Virus record (IMG/VR): IMGVR_UViG_3300044641_000673
Span: 1-56,616 of that record
From: a virus
Lineage: Duplodnaviria; Caudoviricetes
DNA length: 56,616 nucleotides
Reading direction: 5' to 3' (one strand)
Shown here one piece after another: positions 45,100 through 54,303 of the stretch. The position numbers were made by a program, and so were the translations under genes. The notes under the pieces are model-generated. The model did not search any database. It saw nothing but the letters and a program-made list of their open reading frames with translations, and was not told the DNA's origin. Position 1 is the stretch's first letter. The number at the start of each line of letters is the position of its first letter.

Positions 45100-45129
45100 A
45101 ATACTCGCTCCTTTCAGCGATTGAAACCA

Positions 45130-45157
45130 ATTATAGGGTTCGGAAAATAAAAAGGCA
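45130..45157 (-). promoter_or_regulatory. sigma70-type promoter for the capsid operon
   Basis: TTGCCT-16 nt-TATAAT; leader hairpin TCGCT-GAAAGG-AGCGA overlaps the SD. Confidence 0.6.
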
Positions 45158-45172
45158 ACTCATTCAAGTGAT

Positions 45173-46138
45173 TCACGCTTTGTTAGCGCGATCATATTCG
45201 GAATAACGCTTAGCGTATTTCATGCGCAGCACGGGGTCGTCCCACACTCCTGCGTCAATCAATGCCTGCTTGCGCTCGGGGCTGAGGTAGATTTCTTTAC
45301 GCGTTGTCGCGGGTGCGTACTCACGTCCGGAACCTACTGCGGGACCACCACGAGGGGTGCGTTCCTCTCGAGTGTCGCGCTCGTTGGACTGGCGTTCAGG
45401 TTTGAACTTTTCAGGTAGGCGGCGAGCCGCCCGTTTACGCAATTCATCCCAGTATTCCTCTGTCTGTGGATTGTAACCGTCTTTAGCCAATGATTGGTCA
45501 ATAGCGATCACAATTGCTGAGTCTTCGTCACGACCTTGCGAGTCGTACCATGGATTAGCTTTAATGAACTCGTTAGCGTAATGCATCGTCATGTCGTCAA
45601 GCTGCTGACCCGAGGGGCGCTGCTGGGCGGCTTGCTGCTTGGCGAACTGGAGTTGCTGTACTTTCTGCATTGCTTGGTCGCGGTAGCGCATAGCCTGAGC
45701 TACGTCCTTACCGTTACCCGCCTCAACCGCCTTAGCGATGACGCGCTCAGCCATTTCAGCTTCCTTAGCTGCACCGGCAATCTGCGAATCATACGTACCT
45801 AAGTCCGCTTGATGCGCCCGCTGCTCCTGAGCCGTTACGCGGCGCTCAAGGTCGTCGTTACGCTTGCGTAGGAAGTCCAGCTCGAGCTTGTCACGCTTGA
45901 TGGCTTGATCACGACGGTCTTTGCGCTCGAGTTTCTCGAGGCGGCGTCGTTCACGGATCGCGTCTCGTTCATCAGTGTTAGCGTCACCCGCGTCTTCATC
46001 AGCGGAGGACGCTGTGCGTTCGTCTTCACCTTCGTCTTGATCCTCAACCTCGTCGGGGTTGGTCAAGTCGTTTTTGTCTTCTACGATGATGATCTCTTCA
46101 CCACCTTTTTCGTCGTCTTCTTTCATCACATTAGCCAT
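45173..46138 (-). CDS. Capsid scaffolding protein
   Basis: Acidic N-terminus, long coiled coil, ANPWY...GY.P..EEYWDEL..R, basic C-terminal helix. Confidence 0.72.
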   Translation of the reverse strand: MANVMKEDDEKGGEEIIIVEDKNDLTNPDEVEDQDEGEDERTASSADEDAGDANTDERDAIRERRRLEKLERKDRRDQAIKRDKLELDFLRKRNDDLERRVTAQEQRAHQADLGTYDSQIAGAAKEAEMAERVIAKAVEAGNGKDVAQAMRYRDQAMQKVQQLQFAKQQAAQQRPSGQQLDDMTMHYANEFIKANPWYDSQGRDEDSAIVIAIDQSLAKDGYNPQTEEYWDELRKRAARRLPEKFKPERQSNERDTREERTPRGGPAVGSGREYAPATTRKEIYLSPERKQALIDAGVWDDPVLRMKYAKRYSEYDRANKA

Positions 46139-46151
46139 AAATCATCTCCTT

Positions 46152-46559
46152 TCAGATGAATGCTCGGATAGCCAACGGGTCGCCAGTTACCTGCCCGATG
46201 ATATCCAAGTCGTTAAAAATCACAAACATAGCAGATTCGTCTTTACCAGGAATCTTGACTTCCCAGCGATCACCGCCGTACTTAGCCACGCGAACGTGTT
46301 CACCGGCTTTGCACCAATCTCCCTCTGGCCACGGCTTCATGTCATTACGGTTCTTGAAAGCCAGCGGACCTAAGGCGACTACTTTGCCTATCTGCGTGTT
46401 CCACTTCTCGGTTTCATTAGATCCGTGAATATCAATGATGATACCCCCAGCTGATTTCTTTTTCGGTGTGCGAATCTGAATCAGAACACGGCTTCCGAAG
46501 GGCTGAATTCCAGCATCTACTGCTGGGAAAGCCTCCGCCATTGCGTCCTCATAAGTCAT
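46152..46559 (-). CDS. groES: GroES-like co-chaperonin (Cpn10)
   Basis: IQPFGSRVLI, KSAGGIII, GKVVALGP, GEHV..AKYGG, IFNDLDIIG. Confidence 0.85.
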   Translation of the reverse strand: MTYEDAMAEAFPAVDAGIQPFGSRVLIQIRTPKKKSAGGIIIDIHGSNETEKWNTQIGKVVALGPLAFKNRNDMKPWPEGDWCKAGEHVRVAKYGGDRWEVKIPGKDESAMFVIFNDLDIIGQVTGDPLAIRAFI

Positions 46560-46746
46560 TGTCAAGGTTTTTCTCCTCATCTAGAAGGTTTAACAGTACG
46601 TCGATCGCCGCCTCATAACCGGCAACCATTCCCACGCGATACCCGTACTCAAAAGTATCGCGCGTCTGGGGTCGTCTCAAAGCGGTAACAGCAAATGACT
46701 GCTGTTCTGCTTTCAGACGATTCAGAAGTTGAGACTCAATGTTCAT
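46549..46746 (-). CDS. Small conserved head-module protein
   Basis: 65 aa between portal and groES; EYG..VG..AG. Confidence 0.7.
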   Translation of the reverse strand: MNIESQLLNRLKAEQQSFAVTALRRPQTRDTFEYGYRVGMVAGYEAAIDVLLNLLDEEKNLDNDL

Positions 46747-46880
46747 GCAGGAGTCTTAGGCGTCGCGGGGGCAGGGGGCAACGACTGACCGTCGAGCTTC
46801 TCGCCCGCCGCTAGGCGGTGTTTCTGTTTCACAAATGCGCCAGTCATAGGGACTGTGCCAGGAGTGGGTTTATCGCTCAT
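46743..46880 (-). CDS. Small hypothetical protein (45 aa, MSDKPTPGTVPM...QKHRLAAGEK)
   Basis: Translated by hand; SD aagga; ATGA overlap. Confidence 0.6.
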   Translation of the reverse strand: MSDKPTPGTVPMTGAFVKQKHRLAAGEKLDGQSLPPAPATPKTPA

Positions 46881-46890
46881 GATGTTTTCC

Positions 46891-49383
46891 TTAAGGGTTA
46901 GGGTTAATTCCGGTTCCGGTGCTATACGCGACCTTCTCGCCCGTGGCCATTTCGGCAGCGGCTAGGAGTTTCGCAGTATCGTTGTCATCCGTGTTCATCT
47001 TGTCACGGATTTGTAGCTCAGCAGAAGTACGCTCATTTTCGGCTTGTTGTCTCATTTGCTCAGTTTGCATGCGTTCAGAGTCGGCTCTTTGATCAGCCGC
47101 CAATTTAGCCGCTTCAAGCTGTTGCTGTGACTGCATCTTCTGCTGTTCAATTTGCAATTTAGCTTGATCAACTTGCATACGCTGCTGCAATGCTTGGCCT
47201 TGGACTTGCGCATTGAGCTGTGCAACTTCCATACTCTTGTCAGGCGGCATAGGTGGCTGGGGCTTGAACTGCTGAGCGGCTTGATCCAGCTGTGCCAACT
47301 CTTGAGCGAAGCCACCGAGTTGATTCTCGATGAATTTCTGCACTTCTAAGATGACTTTGACTTGATCTTCAGCTTCTTCAGGGATCAACTCCTCACGCTG
47401 TGCTTTGTCCACGGCGTTATGCGCTTCAACAAGGTAGTAATTAAGCAGGTGATCACGTAAATGCGTGGCGATCGGGTACAAAAACGTCTTTGCGATGGCG
47501 GGGTTTGACCCGAACAGCGGAGACTTCAAGAACGGGATGTGCGTCATCAAGTGCGCCATGTGATCTTGCGACGGAAGCACATAAACTGGGCGACCCATGG
47601 CGGCTGCGACGTTCTCGCTTACCGGATCCATGTCTTCGCTTCCTGGCAACGGCTGCAGCACCTCATTCGCAGGCACTTTCATGTTGCGGAGGAACATTTC
47701 CTCTACTTTTCGCGCATCATACATCTGCGGCATGGCTTGCGCACGCTGCATAATTGCCTGAGTTTGCGCAAAACGCTGGGTTTCGCTGAAAATTGCAGGG
47801 TCGCTGACAGGAATGACGTCCATCGGACCGTCAAAGTCAGACGGATCAATCTCAAGCCCCGCCGATTGTGCCTCAATGTCCTCAGTCGTCAGGTATGCGC
47901 TGTTGATGCGGTGCAAAATCTTGAAGCAACGCGCCATCGAGCCATGCAACCGGCTGTGAATTGAGGAGAACACCACCATACCCTGCTCAATGAGCGCCAT
48001 GGTTGTGCCTACAGGCTGGTTAGGGTTCTGGTCAGACAGCTTCTCAAACGAGGTTTGCACCACACCCTTGCCCGCTTCTACTAGGAAGCCCAAGAGTTGA
48101 AACAGCGTGGGGCTGGGACCGTTGAACGGGAGTGGCATTGCCAGCTTGCGCACGTCATCGATGAGCGCCCCGCCCTCCATCTCAACAACTTCTGTCGGCT
48201 GGACATTGAGGGTTTGCCCTCCTGGTCCTCCTTTGAGCTTCAACAGCGTGGGGACGTTCTGAATGTGAGCCGAGTCGAGCAAGGCGCGGAGTGCGCCGGT
48301 GGCTGCACCGCTCAGACCGCCAATCATGTGCGTCAGACCGATAGGGTACGCGCCGCGCCAAGGCACAAACGGGAACTCTACAATCCAATCTAGCTCAAGC
48401 TGGCGCGGGTCATCAGCTTCCCAGTTGCGGTACAAGCCCAAGCCGAGGTTGGTCGTCTTGTCAATGCTCAGAATGTAAGGCTCGGGACCATCCCCGAAGT
48501 CAAGGTACGTATAAACTTCAAAGATCGTACGCAGCCCGTCTTCGTTGTAGCTCAGGTCTTTGCGCCCCTCAATCTTGTCGTTAGCCTGAGTTGACTTGCT
48601 GAACTCGGGATCTTCCGGCATACCCAAGTCAACGTCAATGTACATGCCGGACTTGACGCGGCGCTGGTACTCAAACTTCGTGATGTACTGCACGTGCGTC
48701 TTACGCTCGGCGGTGTAGAAATTGGTCGCCGCGAACGGCAGGTACACGTCATCAATAGCGATGAACTCAGCGCAGGGGCGACGGTGCAACGGGTTCCACA
48801 TGAACTTCATGTACTGACCGCCGCCGAGCGGGAGCTGCGTGCTCAACTGCTCAAGCTCGCCACGGAACTCGACCATCTGCTCAGTCGTCTGCCAGTTCAT
48901 GAAGTCGGCTTTACGCTGAGCTTTCTGAACCTTGGACTTGTCTTTCTCGCCGAGGATCTTACTCTTTACGGGACCATTGGGCGGGAAGACCTCCTTCATG
49001 AAGCGGGCAGAGAAGTCCACGCATGCCTCAACGAGCATCGGGTGCACGACCTTGTTTGCTCCGGTGAACTGAGCGCCTCCTGGTGCGTCATCACCTAAGC
49101 CCGTACGACGCAAGCCCTCCTCGTACTGCTTGTCGCGCTTCTCACGTGCCTCTTTGTCGTTGCCGATCTTTTCTACAAGGTCGCTAATGGCGGTCTTGAG
49201 CAGGTCTTGATCGACCTCGTCGACGATGTTGGCAAAGTGGGCGAGCTTAGTCGCATGGTCAACTTCATTCTTCTCACGAATGATTGCCCCACCGTCTTCG
49301 GTGTCTTCTACCTCGTTGTCAACGTCCTCTAGCTGAACGGTCTCGCCTTCTGGCATGTCATCTTGTAATCTTTTAGTAGCCAT
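46891..49383 (-). CDS. Portal protein (P22-like, with C-terminal Gln-rich barrel)
   Basis: F.GA..VVHPML.EA.VDF.AR...E.FP..GPV; PVGTT.AL.EQG; coiled-coil C-terminus. Confidence 0.88.
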   Translation of the reverse strand: MATKRLQDDMPEGETVQLEDVDNEVEDTEDGGAIIREKNEVDHATKLAHFANIVDEVDQDLLKTAISDLVEKIGNDKEAREKRDKQYEEGLRRTGLGDDAPGGAQFTGANKVVHPMLVEACVDFSARFMKEVFPPNGPVKSKILGEKDKSKVQKAQRKADFMNWQTTEQMVEFRGELEQLSTQLPLGGGQYMKFMWNPLHRRPCAEFIAIDDVYLPFAATNFYTAERKTHVQYITKFEYQRRVKSGMYIDVDLGMPEDPEFSKSTQANDKIEGRKDLSYNEDGLRTIFEVYTYLDFGDGPEPYILSIDKTTNLGLGLYRNWEADDPRQLELDWIVEFPFVPWRGAYPIGLTHMIGGLSGAATGALRALLDSAHIQNVPTLLKLKGGPGGQTLNVQPTEVVEMEGGALIDDVRKLAMPLPFNGPSPTLFQLLGFLVEAGKGVVQTSFEKLSDQNPNQPVGTTMALIEQGMVVFSSIHSRLHGSMARCFKILHRINSAYLTTEDIEAQSAGLEIDPSDFDGPMDVIPVSDPAIFSETQRFAQTQAIMQRAQAMPQMYDARKVEEMFLRNMKVPANEVLQPLPGSEDMDPVSENVAAAMGRPVYVLPSQDHMAHLMTHIPFLKSPLFGSNPAIAKTFLYPIATHLRDHLLNYYLVEAHNAVDKAQREELIPEEAEDQVKVILEVQKFIENQLGGFAQELAQLDQAAQQFKPQPPMPPDKSMEVAQLNAQVQGQALQQRMQVDQAKLQIEQQKMQSQQQLEAAKLAADQRADSERMQTEQMRQQAENERTSAELQIRDKMNTDDNDTAKLLAAAEMATGEKVAYSTGTGINPNP

Positions 49384-49391
49384 TGCTTACC

Positions 49392-52301
49392 TCACATAAA
49401 CTGGTTAACGATCGCATCTACGCGACCGGAGTCGTACGCTGACACGCTACCACCTTCGGCGTAGCCGCGTGGGGTATTGATGCTGTTCATAATCTCTTCA
49501 ATTCGAGTCGGGTCGTATGACACTGAGCCACCTTCGGCGTAACGCGTAAACTTGACTACGTCAGGCTTCAACGAGGCGCGACCCTTCTGCGTCTCGGGTG
49601 TGCCGCGCTTAGCTTCACGCTCAACGGAGTCCAACAACTCTTGCAGCGAGCGGGTGTCCCTGCCGAGTTGAATGCCGAGTTCGTTGTTGTGTACGTCGGT
49701 CTTGTAGTCAGAGCGTGGCTCACCTAAACCCATCCAGTGTCCGGCGGTGCGGAAAGGGGCTTCCTTGAACTCGTACGCTTTGCCCAACAAGTCGGCAACG
49801 GTAGGATTGGTCTTCTGCGCAGCGATCGCCGAAGCGATCATGTGTCGCGCTGCGTCACGCTTGGTCTGGTCATCGGGGAACATCTCTTGCGAGACGGTGT
49901 CGGCGTAGATCCTCAAGTTACCGAACGTCGGGTCGGGCAAGCCCTCACCCGCACGCTTGACTGAACCGCCCTCAGCAAAACCCTCTTTGCCGAAGTTAGG
50001 ATCAACGAAGCTGCGGAACTGTCTCTCATCCATGAAGCGCGGAGCATCAGGATTAAAGTTGACAGCGTAGTTGAACTTGTCTGTTCGCTCATGCGGCAGG
50101 TCATAATCTAACACGTCCTTGAGCGCTTTCTGCACGCTAGAAGGATCACGTAGATCAACGATGTCGTAATGGTGCAGGTCTTTCACCTTACCCCACTCGC
50201 CAGCGTTCAAAAACTTGAGCACCGAGTCGGTGATCTTTTCTTTGTAGGCGGGGTCGCGCTTCATGTACTCACGGGCACGCTCACTGCTGAAGGCGTTCTC
50301 AACCGGCTTCAACTCAATGATGTCTTGCGGCACTTGTTCTGGCTGGCGACCGGTTTCTTTTGCCCAAGCGAGGTAGCGCTGATCCAGACTACCTGTGACT
50401 TCGGGTTGACCTTCCCAGTTCAAAAACTCATCAACCTCAGGGGTGTACTTGTTCTTCTGGAACCACGCGTCGTAAGAACTCTGGTTGGGCTTTTGCGCCA
50501 TCGCCTGAGCATGTGGGCGACCTTCAGCGTCAATCAACGTCGTGAGTCGGTTGTCGCCTGAGCCGTAACGCTTAGCGAGTCCTTCACCCTGCGTACACCA
50601 ACCGGCTTGCTTACCGATCGTCGTGCAGAGCTTCATAGCCGACTTGTCAACAGTCGCGGGAATGTCAATCCACGTCATTCCTGGTTCTTTGACAAACGAA
50701 AGCTGCGTGTCAGGAATTTGCATTTTCGGTGTAGCAGTCAGGTTACCCATCATGTCGCCCAGCTCTGCCTTGGATGCTTCCTCGGAACGCCACTTGTTGA
50801 CTGCGTCAACTTTCTCCACCATCTGCTTCATCGTCACTTTGTCAAGCTGCTGAGGTGTCATACGTAACGCGGCGGGCAGACCTGACTCGGGGTCAAGCAT
50901 GTTCTCAATCTCGTCAGCCATGTGATTGAACCCGAGGTTCTCATTGAGATCTATGGGTCTGTCAATCTTGTAAATCGGCGTCTTTGGGTCTAGCTTCTCA
51001 ATCCAAGGGTTACGCTCCGCTATCGCAATTTCTTGCCTACCATTACTTACAAAGTTGGGCATTTCACGCGCCATGCGGAACCGCTCTTGAAACTCTCCCG
51101 CAGGGTTAGCTGTGATCTCAGCGTCCGAAAGGGCTTCCCACATCTCAGCTTTGCGAGAGTTAATTTCCATCGCCTCGGGATAACCCGCCTCGGCGTGTCT
51201 CTGCACGGCGAACCCTTCCTCGGGATAACCCACCTTAACACGCATAGCGGCTACGTCTTCAGGTAACCACATGCCGAGTTCTTCTGCTTGACCAGGAATG
51301 TGCGAGAACCCTTCTTCGTGCGCAAGTCGGATCGGGTCATCCGGTGTACCCATGTCATTACGGATGTACTTTTCAAGTTTAGTGTCAAGCCACTTGTTGA
51401 CCGCGCCCTTTTCCGGACCCAACAGGTTGTTCAAGACGTCGGGTCTGTTCTCCCGCAACCATGACGAGGGGTGCTGGTAAACGTCCATGTCTACCATCTT
51501 TGACCAGAGGTCTTCACCGGCGGCTTGGTTGATCATGTCGCCGCTGATGACGTCGGGGTTACGCTTGATGGGGTTCACCGACATCGTCACGCTGTCTCTT
51601 TTAGCAGCCGCAGGTTGCCAGTTACCGCCCTTCGGCTTTACGGCATACGACTTCAAAGGTGAAGTTACGTTCTGCACAATGTCACGCGCAACGGCTGGCG
51701 CGGTCTGCACGAGGTTAGTGCCCACGCGCTTTGCGAGGCTCGCCAACGGCGGTGCGACCAACATCGCCGCCTCTGCCGTATCATCGGGCAGCATAGGGAC
51801 GTTGGCTTTGTTGATGTTCGTGATCGGCTGACCATAGCTCAAGCGCTCTGCGGTGCGAGCTAACGCCGGTACACCTAGGAACTCCATCGTCCCCTGCATC
51901 TGCTGCGTGCGCCGTGGTGAGTAGGTCTGCTTCAGGAAGTCGGCAATAGAACCCAGCGCGGCGTTCTGCGGCTGTGCGCGCATTGAACCGCCGTCGTAGT
52001 AGTTCGTCTTGACAAACCCTCCGTCTGCCCACTTGACCTTGTTTGCCCAATACGCGGGGCTGCTCGGACCCTTGGCGATGTTCTTTGCGTGACGTGACTT
52101 GAACGAGGCTCGCTTAGCCTTCATGCGGTCGGACTCGCCCTCCTTGGGCTTACCCGCCGTGCTCGCGCCCTGCTCACCGAAGCGAATGATCTTCTCCTTG
52201 CCGTCTACCTTCGTCTTCACGATGTGTGACTTGGTAGGATGGCTAGGCGTGCGTCGTGGCTGGTTGAGCGGTAAGCTGTCCTTGTCAACGCGGTTGGTCA
52301 T
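49392..52301 (-). CDS. Large polyvalent (multi-domain) protein, probably virion cargo
   Basis: Basic N-terminal domain (IRFGEQG...SFKSRH...PAYWA); PcfJ-like segment (GWCTQG...Y...LIDAEGRPH); DUF6973-like segment (DAARH...DVHNNELG); domains separated by W/Y/F-x-D/E-GG motifs. Confidence 0.7.
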   Translation of the reverse strand: MTNRVDKDSLPLNQPRRTPSHPTKSHIVKTKVDGKEKIIRFGEQGASTAGKPKEGESDRMKAKRASFKSRHAKNIAKGPSSPAYWANKVKWADGGFVKTNYYDGGSMRAQPQNAALGSIADFLKQTYSPRRTQQMQGTMEFLGVPALARTAERLSYGQPITNINKANVPMLPDDTAEAAMLVAPPLASLAKRVGTNLVQTAPAVARDIVQNVTSPLKSYAVKPKGGNWQPAAAKRDSVTMSVNPIKRNPDVISGDMINQAAGEDLWSKMVDMDVYQHPSSWLRENRPDVLNNLLGPEKGAVNKWLDTKLEKYIRNDMGTPDDPIRLAHEEGFSHIPGQAEELGMWLPEDVAAMRVKVGYPEEGFAVQRHAEAGYPEAMEINSRKAEMWEALSDAEITANPAGEFQERFRMAREMPNFVSNGRQEIAIAERNPWIEKLDPKTPIYKIDRPIDLNENLGFNHMADEIENMLDPESGLPAALRMTPQQLDKVTMKQMVEKVDAVNKWRSEEASKAELGDMMGNLTATPKMQIPDTQLSFVKEPGMTWIDIPATVDKSAMKLCTTIGKQAGWCTQGEGLAKRYGSGDNRLTTLIDAEGRPHAQAMAQKPNQSSYDAWFQKNKYTPEVDEFLNWEGQPEVTGSLDQRYLAWAKETGRQPEQVPQDIIELKPVENAFSSERAREYMKRDPAYKEKITDSVLKFLNAGEWGKVKDLHHYDIVDLRDPSSVQKALKDVLDYDLPHERTDKFNYAVNFNPDAPRFMDERQFRSFVDPNFGKEGFAEGGSVKRAGEGLPDPTFGNLRIYADTVSQEMFPDDQTKRDAARHMIASAIAAQKTNPTVADLLGKAYEFKEAPFRTAGHWMGLGEPRSDYKTDVHNNELGIQLGRDTRSLQELLDSVEREAKRGTPETQKGRASLKPDVVKFTRYAEGGSVSYDPTRIEEIMNSINTPRGYAEGGSVSAYDSGRVDAIVNQFM

Positions 52302-52462
52302 TTCTTCCTCGCCGCTCTCATGTTGTCAACGAGGTTGGGGTAAGGGCGTCCGGCGCTCTTTGCCGCCGCCTTCGCCGATGACTTAGCCGCTGGTGACAGC
52401 GTCTTGCTCTCGCCGAGGCTCTTGGGTCGTGCCTTGTCCCAGATCGGTTTCTTAGAGGCCAT
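52298..52462 (-). CDS. Small highly basic protein (54 aa, MASKKPIWDK...AGRPYPNLVDNMRAARKK)
   Basis: Translated by hand; SD aaggag; ATGA overlap with the polyvalent gene. Confidence 0.72.
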   Translation of the reverse strand: MASKKPIWDKARPKSLGESKTLSPAAKSSAKAAAKSAGRPYPNLVDNMRAARKK

Positions 52463-52718
52463 TGCGGTGCTCCTTGATGAATGCGTCTAACTTGTTGTCA
52501 AGCCGGTCTAACCGGTCAAGCACGCGGTTGATGTCCGTGTGCAAATCGTTCTTTGTGACATACTCCTTAGCGACCTCTTCACGGGTGCGGTTGATCAGTA
52601 TCGTCACGCGCAACAGTTCTTCCTTTGTAGCGGTCAGCTCAGCGTCTTTGGCGCGGACAGCCCACCCCAACAACGCCATGAACACAGTCAGCACCGCGTT
52701 CCAAACAAACTGTTCCAT
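52452..52718 (-). CDS. Small membrane-anchored coiled-coil protein
   Basis: N-terminal TM (FVWNAVLTVFMALLGWAV), then EYVTK..L...LDRLDNKLD. Confidence 0.7.
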   Translation of the reverse strand: MEQFVWNAVLTVFMALLGWAVRAKDAELTATKEELLRVTILINRTREEVAKEYVTKNDLHTDINRVLDRLDRLDNKLDAFIKEHRNGL

Positions 52719-52731
52719 ACCTCGCACTCCT

Positions 52732-54303
52732 TTAAGCGGCGTAAGGGTTTACCCTTGGTTGCGATTTGATTCGCGGCTCGTCCATATCTTTTGCTTGAGG
52801 TAACTCAAACCATCCATCATTCTTGAGATAAATGATAGCTTGCGTAAACGTGTCCACATAATCATCATGCTCCGCTACTGGGAACTTGCCCAGTTGTTTG
52901 AGGAAAGACGCTGCCCAGCTCACCGGTTGACCGAGGTTCTTCTTTGATTCCGGCACCCACAACAGCCCCAGCTCTAAGGTCGGTGCGGCTTGGTGCGCCC
53001 GTGATACCTTGTCAGCCTGACCTGGATTATAGCCCACGGCTGGCACTTTCGCCAAGCGCAAGTCTTGCAGCAATGATTGCCCACTCGCCTTCGCTTCCAC
53101 CAAGATACGGTCTGGGCGCTTAGCGCGTGAGTATGGCGAGTCCTTCGTCATCCCGCCGTATTCAGTCGTCCAGTCTTTCACGGCTCGTGCTCGCAGGTCT
53201 GGATAGCTCAGGTGTTCATCCCATGCATCAATCAGCATCGCATTGCGTGCGCCCTTGTGCGTGAACATCGCCCAGACCGAGCAAGCCGTGGGGTCACCGG
53301 TTGTCTTCTCAGTGAACGCGCAGTCGTATGACTGCAGTATGTACTCAAACGGCGGCAGACCTGATGACGCTGGCCATAGGTTGAAGTGTGCGGTCTTGAG
53401 GATACCGCCCTCGCTCGGAGTCGGGTCTTGCTGTAACTGACCCGCCGTGCCGTATGTACCCAGCAGTTGCTTCAGCATGGTGATCTCTTTCTCACCGAAG
53501 CGCTCGGGGCAGATCAGCTCGCCCTTCTTCTTGCGTGGGTCGTACGTGCCGAGGCAGGTCTTGCGCACCTTACCGTCCCACTCAGCAGGAATGCAAATAT
53601 GCTCCCAGCCCTTGATGTCCTCAAGGATGTGTCCGCTGATGTCGCGCTCGTGCAGTCGCTGCATGACGGTCACCATTGCGTCAGTCTTCGGGTTGTTCAG
53701 TCGCGTTGACCATACCATGTCAAACCATTCAAGGTCTGACTCCCGCATGATCTCCGACTGCGCGGCTTGAGCGCCGTGTGGGTCGTCAAGTATCAAGCGT
53801 GAGCCGCCCTCACCGGTTGCCGTACCGCCCACCGATGTGGCCAGCCGGTATCCGGTCTTGTCGTTCTCAAAGCGCTGCTTGGCGTTTTGGTCGCCAGCAA
53901 ACGCAAACATGTAGCCCCAGCGTTCTTGATACCACGGGGACTGCAACAGCCGCCGTGTCTTAAGGTTGTCGCGGGTGCTCAGGTTGCCCGAGTAGCTGGC
54001 GCATAGAAACTTCTGGGCTGGGTCGGCGATCCACTCCCACGCCGGCCACATGACGCTTACAATTGTCGATTTGGAATGTCGCGGCGGAATGTTAATCAGC
54101 AGCCTGTGAATATCTCCAGCGCTGACCGCCTCAAGGTGCTCGCAAATTGCCTCGATGTGCCAGCTCGGGATAAACGGAATGCCGGGCTCTACGACGTGCC
54201 ACGACTGCTTCACGAACTCGTACAGCGAACCCGACGCCGCTCGGCGGTCTTGCTCCCGCTTGACAAGGTCAAGCATGACGGCAGGGTTCATTGGTGCGTT
54301 CAT
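52732..54303 (-). CDS. terL: Terminase large subunit
   Basis: INIPPRHSKS Walker A, LILDDP, VMQRLH, QLQQDP, QSYDCA, HDDYVD nuclease motifs. Confidence 0.95.
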   Translation of the reverse strand: MNAPMNPAVMLDLVKREQDRRAASGSLYEFVKQSWHVVEPGIPFIPSWHIEAICEHLEAVSAGDIHRLLINIPPRHSKSTIVSVMWPAWEWIADPAQKFLCASYSGNLSTRDNLKTRRLLQSPWYQERWGYMFAFAGDQNAKQRFENDKTGYRLATSVGGTATGEGGSRLILDDPHGAQAAQSEIMRESDLEWFDMVWSTRLNNPKTDAMVTVMQRLHERDISGHILEDIKGWEHICIPAEWDGKVRKTCLGTYDPRKKKGELICPERFGEKEITMLKQLLGTYGTAGQLQQDPTPSEGGILKTAHFNLWPASSGLPPFEYILQSYDCAFTEKTTGDPTACSVWAMFTHKGARNAMLIDAWDEHLSYPDLRARAVKDWTTEYGGMTKDSPYSRAKRPDRILVEAKASGQSLLQDLRLAKVPAVGYNPGQADKVSRAHQAAPTLELGLLWVPESKKNLGQPVSWAASFLKQLGKFPVAEHDDYVDTFTQAIIYLKNDGWFELPQAKDMDEPRIKSQPRVNPYAA

